Below are positions 50,066 through 57,313 of a stretch of 64,000 bases of DNA, piece by piece. The notes under the pieces were generated by a model, which was not told where the DNA came from, did no database searches, and saw nothing but the letters and a program-made list of their open reading frames with translations. Every line of letters starts with the position of its first letter. The first letter of the stretch is position 1. Origin of the DNA: an uncultured Verrucomicrobiae bacterium. Its GTDB lineage: Bacteria; Verrucomicrobiota; Verrucomicrobiia; Limisphaerales; Palsa-1400. The DNA lies in contig CAVXRD010000001.1 of the NCBI GenBank assembly GCA_963764165.1, positions 480,001 through 544,000 on the forward strand, in the 5' to 3' direction. Made by a program: the position numbers and the translations under genes.

Positions 50066-50845
50066 ATGACTGTGCCGTTTCTCGACGAGCAACTCGTACC
50101 GAAAGACTTGCGAACTAAACAGGTTCTTGCAGGTCTGTTTCTCTCTCGATTTGACAGGGAAGGATTACTTTCACTCGGATTCGCAAGTTTTACCGAAGCC
50201 TTTAATGCTATCGGTTTCGCATTGGGCGCTCGCCCTGCCTCAATCAAAAACTACCGCGACGAATTTGATCCAATCCATTCGTCAAAAAGGAAGGGATGGC
50301 ACAAACGAGCGATGCGCGATTACTGCAAAATTGCGAGCGACAATTACGGAGAGTTGTCGCTAAACGATTTTGCTGCGCTATTGAAATCCTTGATTTACGA
50401 ACGGGGTTCGCTTGATCTCATTACTGAAGAGATTGAATCCGAGGAAGGAAGAGAAAGCTCGTTCGCAAAGCGCCTGATAACGGGTCAGGCAGCGGAAAGA
50501 TACTTTGAAGAGGTTCACCCGACTCTCCCGACGCTGGCGGATTATTCACTGGAGAACGTCACAGATTTCGGGTGCGGTTTTGACTTTCGATTACGAAAAT
50601 CAAAATCGGACGATTTTCTGGCAGTTGAGGTAAAGGGTTTGAACACCGCCCGGGGAGCAATATCTCTCACAGAGAAGGAACACCGTATTGCCGATTTTCT
50701 GTCCTCACGATTTTATTTGTTCGTCGTCCGCAATTTTCGAAAAAAGCCCTTTCACACAATTTACTGCAACCCGTTAAGATCGGAACTTAGATTTTCGCGC
50801 CAAGAGAGGCTAATCACTCAAGTAAATTGGCGGGTTTCGGTTTAA
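50066..50845 (+). CDS. DUF3883 (NOV_C-like) PD-(D/E)XK nuclease-domain protein
   Basis: TGQAAE, GCGFDF, AVEVKG, ISLTEKE, FYLFVV; visibly AT-richer than the flanks. Confidence 0.85.
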   Translation: MTVPFLDEQLVPKDLRTKQVLAGLFLSRFDREGLLSLGFASFTEAFNAIGFALGARPASIKNYRDEFDPIHSSKRKGWHKRAMRDYCKIASDNYGELSLNDFAALLKSLIYERGSLDLITEEIESEEGRESSFAKRLITGQAAERYFEEVHPTLPTLADYSLENVTDFGCGFDFRLRKSKSDDFLAVEVKGLNTARGAISLTEKEHRIADFLSSRFYLFVVRNFRKKPFHTIYCNPLRSELRFSRQERLITQVNWRVSV

Positions 50846-50932
50846 CAAGGGAAAAAAGGCGTCAGACCAACATAATCGCATAATTACACGCGGATTTCGG
50901 AACTCCATTCTTCCAACCTGCGACAGACTGGC

Positions 50933-52330
50933 TCATTTGTTTGACTCAGATAGGCGCGTTACGAACTCATCGATCTCCCTGCCAAGCGCCGGGATTCGCT
51001 GGGTGTAGGCGATCGGATTGTCCCGGATGTGGGATGGGAATATTTTGCTGTCCGCGAATTCCTCGTCGGCGTAGCGCTCGCCCAGGTTGCCGATGATGGC
51101 GATGATGTAATGCCGGAATGGCTTGCCGGGAAGGGATGACACGATGCCCGCGTCTGAGCCGTAGTTGAAGGTCCAGCCTGTCTTGTGGGCGAAATTGACC
51201 TCGGCCCTGGCGTTGGCTTCGCGGATATCCACTCCGTAATCGGTTTCACCCACCACGACGTGGCCGGTGCCTGGATTGATCCAGCGCTCCGAGACGCGCG
51301 AGGGAATGCCGGGGCGAATGTGCGGCTTGCCGGGCATGTTGGCCGTCGTGAGGGCATTGTTGAAGGCTTGATCGGACAGGGTCTTTTTGAGGTAGGCGCG
51401 CGACGAATCGGAAAGAGTTTGCGCGCTCACGGGTTTGCCATCGGCCCCTGTCCACAGCGTGGCCGGGCCGCCGTCGATCAGCCAGAAGAGACGTGCGACG
51501 TCCCAGGCTGTCATGTGAATTTGTCCGGGCGACCAGGTCCGCCCGTCCTTGGGGTTGGTTCCGTTGATTTGCAGGGTGACCAGGTTCATGTCGCGGAACT
51601 CGCGATTGAGCGGTTCGATTTCGTTCTTATCATGAAACATCTTGAGCAGCGCGCTGGTGGCGTGGTTGTCCGACACAGTGAGCATAGGGTCTATCCACTC
51701 GCGAATTTTTCGCGTTTCCGGCGAGGCGCCTTGGACGGCATACGTGTAATCGGAATCGAGGGTAATTTTTCCCGCATCAACCATGCGCATGGCATGGAAG
51801 GCAACCATGATCTTGAACAGCGAGGCGGGATACGGGGCCATGAAACGATAAGGCGCGCCCTGGCGGCCCGGAAGGATGTCGTCGGCTTCCGTCAATGGCG
51901 GGTTGTCCGTCCAGCCTTTGGCGGAAAGCTGGTTGCCGTCGTCCGGGGAGAACGTGCCGCCGTCCGACCGTTCGATGTCCCAGCGAAGGAAGCGGACGGC
52001 GCTTGCGCAGAGGCTTTTATCCAGCGGCACGACCAGGCCGTCGGGATAATCCCGCGAAAGGATCACGTAGGCGCGATCCACCATCTTTCCTGAGGCATCG
52101 AGCTGGATGACGGCCACGTTGACGTTTGGAGGATGCGCGATTTTGCGTCCCGGCTGGCCGAGATGCGCCCTGACAGGCCGGCTCTCATTGCCCGCGCCGA
52201 AGTCAATCACATTTTCAAAATGCGCGGCGCGCACAGCGGCCAGCAGATTGGATTCCAAAGGGGAAAAAGGCTGCGCGCGGGACGTGCAGCAAGCCGCCGT
52301 CATAAAAAGAATGGCGAGACAGAATTTCAT
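50933..52330 (-). CDS. Exported serine hydrolase of the class A beta-lactamase/PBP fold
   Basis: PASLFK (SxxK), SDN, HKTG; signal peptide from MKFCLAIL (52330). Confidence 0.85.
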   Translation of the reverse strand: MKFCLAILFMTAACCTSRAQPFSPLESNLLAAVRAAHFENVIDFGAGNESRPVRAHLGQPGRKIAHPPNVNVAVIQLDASGKMVDRAYVILSRDYPDGLVVPLDKSLCASAVRFLRWDIERSDGGTFSPDDGNQLSAKGWTDNPPLTEADDILPGRQGAPYRFMAPYPASLFKIMVAFHAMRMVDAGKITLDSDYTYAVQGASPETRKIREWIDPMLTVSDNHATSALLKMFHDKNEIEPLNREFRDMNLVTLQINGTNPKDGRTWSPGQIHMTAWDVARLFWLIDGGPATLWTGADGKPVSAQTLSDSSRAYLKKTLSDQAFNNALTTANMPGKPHIRPGIPSRVSERWINPGTGHVVVGETDYGVDIREANARAEVNFAHKTGWTFNYGSDAGIVSSLPGKPFRHYIIAIIGNLGERYADEEFADSKIFPSHIRDNPIAYTQRIPALGREIDEFVTRLSESNK

Positions 52331-52447
52331 TCCGTGGTTGTTACAAAAGACACTCGGCTTAACGCAACACTTTAACCGCAACAATTCGGTTCCCCGACGA
52401 TTTCGGAGGAAAAGCAGTGCCGAATTTGATTCATTTCGGCGAGGAAA

Positions 52448-52606
52448 CTCTGCGCTCTCCGCGCCTCTGCGCGATTGCGTTTAATGCCACGATGAACCAA
52501 ATCAGATTTCCGCACAGATCGTCACTGCTGCTTACCGCGTCCACACGCAGCTTGACCCTCGACTGGGAAAGAATTTTCGCGCAGAGAAGATGAGTGCGCA
52601 GAGCAA
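52448..52606 (+). pseudogene. Repeat-flanked remnant of a GxxExxY-family gene (N-terminal about 25 codons)
   Basis: 52488-52565 reads HDEPNQISAQIVTAAYRVHTQLDPRL, resembling GxxExxY N-termini up to LGPGL; flanked by CTCTGCGCTCTCCGCGCCTCTGCGCG and CGCGCAGAGAAGATGAGTGCGCAGAG in inverted orientation. Confidence 0.6.
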
Positions 52607-52656
52607 CACAACGACAGGTCGCGTTGAGTCTTCCATTTCCAGCCCGCGCGCTCAAA

Positions 52657-52695
52657 TACCATAAACGGGTGAGCAGGCATCACCTGAAATGGTGA
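52657..52695. promoter_or_regulatory. Candidate tandem regulator boxes upstream of the second GH78
   Basis: TACCA-TAAACG-GGTGA and the perfect palindrome TCACC-TGAAAT-GGTGA. Confidence 0.4.
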
Positions 52696-52827
52696 GGTGG
52701 TTTTGGTTGAAGGCACTGAGCAGTGACGGTATATACTTGGGTAAGCTATTGGGAGTTGAGCAAGGCCCAAGGAACGCAAAAAAACGATTCGACGCCCAAT
52801 GCGACTAAACTCTTCCAACGTGCTATT

Positions 52828-55800
52828 TTGAAATCCATTTATCCATTACGCGCGGCCTGCCGTCTTGCCGCGGTTCTTGCATTTTTCGTTCACGCATTTT
52901 TGTTGCAGGCGCAGCAATCCGCGCTCCAACCATTCAATTTGCACTGCGATGCGCGCACCAATCCGATGGGCATCGATGACACGACGCCGACGCTGAGCTG
53001 GCAGTTGCAAAGCGCGCAAACGGGAACCGCCTATCGCGGAATGACACAGACGGCTTACGAGGTTCAAGTCGGCTCGCAGGCCGGCGGTTCGGATTTGTGG
53101 GATAGCGGCATGGTGGCGAGTTCGGATTCGCTCCACGCCTTGTATGGGGGCAAAGCGCTGACGAACAACGAAGTTTGTTATTGGCAGGTGCGCGTTTACG
53201 ACGGCAATGGACTCTCGTCCCCTTGGAGCGCCTCGGCGCAATGGTCGATGGGCCTCATCCACCAAACCAATTGGCTCGCGCAATGGATCGGTTACGACGC
53301 CGCGTATTCCCCCACCTCGCCGCAACTCGCGCCCATCGCCACCTTCAACACCTCGGGGCTGAGCTGGGTGGGATTGCCATCCGGCACCGGCACGCCGGGA
53401 GTCAATCAAGTTTCGCTTCGCAAACAAATTGTCCTGCCCACAAATCAGACGATCACCAACGCGGTGTTTTGCGTTTACGCGGATAACTACTGCATCGCCT
53501 ACGTGAACGGCACGCGGACAACGAACGACGCCGCCCGCTGGGAAGCGACGGCGCTGATGAACGTCACCCCCCTGCTCCACGCGGGCACAAATGTCCTGGG
53601 TCTTTCCGCCACCAATTCTGACCAGGTTCCAGCCACCGTTATCGGGCAGCTCGTTGTGCAATATGCTTCGGGCGCCGTGACGAATATTCCAGTTGATGGC
53701 ACCTGGCAGGCGGCGCAATTGCCGTCGCCGACGTGGACTCAAGTTTCGTTCAACGCCTCGTCGTGGCCGAACGCGAGTGGTGGCAACGGCAATGCCTGGG
53801 GCACGCCGTCGTTGAACGATTTGCCGCGCATGCCGGCGCCGTATTTGCGCAAGGATTTCTCAGTCGGCCAAACGGTCATGCGCGCGACCGTTTTTGTCAC
53901 CGCCCTTGGAACCTACGAATTGCACCTGAATGGCCAGAAGGTTGGCAAGGACGTGCTAGCTCCCGGCTGGACGCAATTTACCAAGCGCGTCTACTACCAG
54001 ACTTACGATGTCACGAGCCTCGTGCAAGCCGGCTCAAACACAATCGGCGCGATTCTGGGTGATGGCTGGTATGCGAGCGATCTCGCCTTCAAGGGCACGC
54101 GCTGCAATTACGGCGGCGTCCCGCGTTTCATGGCGCAGCTTGTTCTCCAACTCGCCGATGGCACCCAGCAAACCATTGTCACCGACAATTCATGGAAAGC
54201 CAGCTACGGGCCAATCCAGTTCGGCGATTTGTTGATGGGCTCCAAATATGATGCGCGTCTGGAAATGCCCGGCTGGGACATGACAAACTTCGTCGACAGC
54301 GCCTGGTCGCCGGTGGCCACTGGAACTGGTGCGGCGGGATTTGGCTACACCAATGTCACGTCGCTAGTGGCGAGTTTCGTCCACAACAACACGCTCAATT
54401 TCACGGTAAACAACACAACCATGGGCGGCGATCCCGATTATGGCGTAGCCAAGGTGCTGGCCTTGACGTATTCGCTGAATGGCATAACTCAAACGGTTCA
54501 ATATGCGGAAAACACTGCGATCTCGCTCGGCGGCAGCGGGCAAACGCTGGTGGTTCTCAGCGCATACTACGGCGGCCCGAATTCCATTCCCGGCAACGGC
54601 GGTTTTCTAATCACCGGCGCCATTACCGAACCGTCCCGCTGTTTTGAGAATATTCCTGCCACGAACATGACCCAGCCAGCGGCGGGATGTTACACGTTTG
54701 ATCTCGGCCAGAACATCGCAGGCTGGGCGCGCATCACCGTTTCCGGGAACGCCGGCGACATCATCACAGTGCGCCACGGCGAAATGCTCAATCCGGGCGG
54801 GCTCATTTACACGGCAAATCTTCGCGGGGCGGAGGCGACGGATACCTACATTCTTTCCAGCAATGGCGTTTCGACGTTCGAGCCGCGCTTCACTTTCCAC
54901 GGATTCCGCTATGTGGAAATCCGCGGTCTTTCGACGCCGCCGACGGTCGCTGCCGTAACTGGGGTGGTTGTTCATTCGGATATGGCGCCGACCGGCAGTT
55001 TCCAGAGTTCCAGCCCGCTGCTAAATCATCTTTACAGCAACATTGTTTGGAGCCACAAAGGAAATTACCTCGAAGTCCCGACCGATTGCCCGCAGCGCGA
55101 CGAGCGCATGGGTTGGACGGGTGACACGGAATTCTTTATCCCGACGGCGGCCTACAACTTCGACATTCAATCGTTTTTCCGCCGCCACATGCTAACGTAT
55201 GACGAAGACAGCATCTACGCTAATGGCTCAATGCCGAACGTTGCCCCGGACCTCAGTGTCGGGACGGCCGGCATCGCATGGAGCGACGCCAGTTGGATTT
55301 GCCCCGACACGATTTATCGCGCATATGGCGACACCAACATCATCGCCGACAACTACGCCGCGATGCAAAGTTACGGCGCGTATCTTTCAAACTACACCTC
55401 GGGCTATACTTTGCCGAGCACGCCCGGTGATTTGGGCGATTGGCTAAACCTCGGCGGGGCGGCTTCAGAACAGGTCATTGACACGGCATTCTATGCCGGT
55501 TACGCGCAAGCGATGTCGGAAATGGCCGGAGCCATCGGGCGCACGAATGACGCCGTTATGTATGCGACGCTGCACAGCAATATCGCCAACGCCTTCGGCA
55601 GTTTCTTCAATTCCAGCGGCGCTTTTTCCGACGGCAGCAGCCAGACGGGTTACGCGCTGGCTTACACCTTCGGCTTGGTTCCCACCAACCTTGCCTCGAA
55701 AATCTCGCAGCAATTTGCGAATTCCATTGCTTCCTACGATTACCATCTGGCGACGGGTTTTATTGGAACGCCGCGGCTTCTGCCGGCCCTGCATCTCGCG

Positions 55801-57105
55801 GGATTGGATAACTTGGCCTACACCGTTTTGCTCCAGCAAACGTATCCGTCGTGGCTCTACCAGGTGACGCTTGGCGCGACAACCATGTGGGAGCGTTGGG
55901 ACGGCTGGACGCCTGCGGCGGGATTTGAGACGCAGACGATGAATTCGTTCAACCACTATTCCTTTGGCGCTGTCGGGCAATATCTCTACGATGCGGTGGG
56001 AGGAATTTCTTCCACCAGCCCAGGATACAAAACGATCCAAATCGCGCCGATACCAGGGAACGGGCTGACATGGGCAGCCACCAGCTACGACTCGGCGCGC
56101 GGAATGATTTCGACGGCGTGGACGAATTTCGGCGGGGAATTAAATCTCGCCGTGACGATCCCGCCAAACACCACGGCGCAAGTCTTGGTGCCGACGATCA
56201 ACACCAACGGCGTCACCGAAAGCGGGATGCCCGCGGGTTCGTCGCCGGGCGTCGCGTATCTTGGCTATTCCAATGGCGCGGCGATGTATGCCGTCGGTTC
56301 GGGAAATTATTTCTTTGTTGCGCCGCAGCAAATCCAGGTGAGCGCGACCGAGACGGACGCCGTCTACGCGGGCGGCAGTTTTCCGCCTTTGCATCCCGGC
56401 GATCTGATCACCAACTCCTCGACAACGGTTGTTTCAAACCAACTCGCGCTCGGCCCGGAAAACGAATTTCCTTACACATACCTGCGCGATGGAAAAATCG
56501 GCGCGCCGAACACGACAAATTACAGCGTTGAAATCAGCGGCGGCTACATCACGTATAATCTCGGTGCAGGTCCCTCAAACGCGGGCTACACCATAACCAA
56601 TCTTACGACTTACACGGCCTGGCGCGACAACGGCCGCGAAGATGCCAATTACAGCGTCCTTTGGTCGCCGGATGGTTCAAATTATTTCACTGCTGCCACA
56701 GTTTCGTATAACCCGTCGCCTTATCCCACTACCAACGGCACGGGCGGCACTGTCACGTCGCTGGCGATGGCGAACTTGACGGGCGTTCGCTATCTCACCT
56801 GGAATTTCTCCGCGGGCCAGCAAAACGGCGGCGTCGGGTATACAGAACTCGCGGCTTACGGCGTTCCAACAGTGCCGTTGCAGCCAGCCACGATCAGCGC
56901 GGCCATGTCGCCCTCGGGAGGGACATTCGTGATGTCGGCCAGCGGGCTTTCCACCGGGCAGACATACGTGCTGCAAGCGACAACGAACCTCGCCAACCCA
57001 TCGTGGGTGGCGCAAACAAATTTCGTCGCGACCCAGGCTTCGATGACAATCACCAATTCCACCAGCGCCAGTTCGCAAATGTTCTACCGGTTGGTCGGCT
57101 ATTGA
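52828..57105 (+). CDS. Modular alpha-L-rhamnosidase, GH78, with CBM67-like and lectin-like inserts, an extra C-terminal domain and a FYRL domain
   Basis: PTDCPQRDERMGW, FTFHGFRY, GATTMWERW, MNSFNHY; TTG at 52828 gives a normal signal peptide (ORF track starts at 52723). Confidence 0.94.
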   Translation: MKSIYPLRAACRLAAVLAFFVHAFLLQAQQSALQPFNLHCDARTNPMGIDDTTPTLSWQLQSAQTGTAYRGMTQTAYEVQVGSQAGGSDLWDSGMVASSDSLHALYGGKALTNNEVCYWQVRVYDGNGLSSPWSASAQWSMGLIHQTNWLAQWIGYDAAYSPTSPQLAPIATFNTSGLSWVGLPSGTGTPGVNQVSLRKQIVLPTNQTITNAVFCVYADNYCIAYVNGTRTTNDAARWEATALMNVTPLLHAGTNVLGLSATNSDQVPATVIGQLVVQYASGAVTNIPVDGTWQAAQLPSPTWTQVSFNASSWPNASGGNGNAWGTPSLNDLPRMPAPYLRKDFSVGQTVMRATVFVTALGTYELHLNGQKVGKDVLAPGWTQFTKRVYYQTYDVTSLVQAGSNTIGAILGDGWYASDLAFKGTRCNYGGVPRFMAQLVLQLADGTQQTIVTDNSWKASYGPIQFGDLLMGSKYDARLEMPGWDMTNFVDSAWSPVATGTGAAGFGYTNVTSLVASFVHNNTLNFTVNNTTMGGDPDYGVAKVLALTYSLNGITQTVQYAENTAISLGGSGQTLVVLSAYYGGPNSIPGNGGFLITGAITEPSRCFENIPATNMTQPAAGCYTFDLGQNIAGWARITVSGNAGDIITVRHGEMLNPGGLIYTANLRGAEATDTYILSSNGVSTFEPRFTFHGFRYVEIRGLSTPPTVAAVTGVVVHSDMAPTGSFQSSSPLLNHLYSNIVWSHKGNYLEVPTDCPQRDERMGWTGDTEFFIPTAAYNFDIQSFFRRHMLTYDEDSIYANGSMPNVAPDLSVGTAGIAWSDASWICPDTIYRAYGDTNIIADNYAAMQSYGAYLSNYTSGYTLPSTPGDLGDWLNLGGAASEQVIDTAFYAGYAQAMSEMAGAIGRTNDAVMYATLHSNIANAFGSFFNSSGAFSDGSSQTGYALAYTFGLVPTNLASKISQQFANSIASYDYHLATGFIGTPRLLPALHLAGLDNLAYTVLLQQTYPSWLYQVTLGATTMWERWDGWTPAAGFETQTMNSFNHYSFGAVGQYLYDAVGGISSTSPGYKTIQIAPIPGNGLTWAATSYDSARGMISTAWTNFGGELNLAVTIPPNTTAQVLVPTINTNGVTESGMPAGSSPGVAYLGYSNGAAMYAVGSGNYFFVAPQQIQVSATETDAVYAGGSFPPLHPGDLITNSSTTVVSNQLALGPENEFPYTYLRDGKIGAPNTTNYSVEISGGYITYNLGAGPSNAGYTITNLTTYTAWRDNGREDANYSVLWSPDGSNYFTAATVSYNPSPYPTTNGTGGTVTSLAMANLTGVRYLTWNFSAGQQNGGVGYTELAAYGVPTVPLQPATISAAMSPSGGTFVMSASGLSTGQTYVLQATTNLANPSWVAQTNFVATQASMTITNSTSASSQMFYRLVGY

Positions 57106-57131
57106 TGCGGTGCGGCGCATGGCCCCGAAAA

Positions 57132-57294
57132 GGTAGCGCCTCGCCGAGGCGTCCGATGCTGTGGCAGCATTCGAGCACGGCCATTTTTTCGAAAGCTGGG
57201 CGCGAAGACTCTTTCGGATTTGCCGGATCTTTGGACGAAATTTTACGCCCGCAAAACTCCACATCCCCGGACGCCTCAGCGAGGCGTCCCTACC
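57132..57294. repeat. REPIN-like inverted REP pair between convergent genes
   Basis: GGTAGCGCCTCGCCGAGGCGTCCG and CGGACGCCTCAGCGAGGCGTCCCTACC. Confidence 0.8.
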
Positions 57295-57313
57295 TCGTTT
57301 CGCTATTATAGGC

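Noticed and set aside
47650..50930. Prophage or integrative element
   Set aside because: No integrase, transposase, phage gene, tRNA target or clear att pair; treated only as a variable islet.
50933..52330. Antibiotic-resistance beta-lactamase call
   Set aside because: The fold motifs alone are insufficient and the deacylation motif is not evident.
52723..52827. Longest-ORF start positions (also 34944, 34979, 40735, 25621, 52384, 59614, 62541)
   Set aside because: Downstream starts give proper signal peptides or stop-start overlaps.
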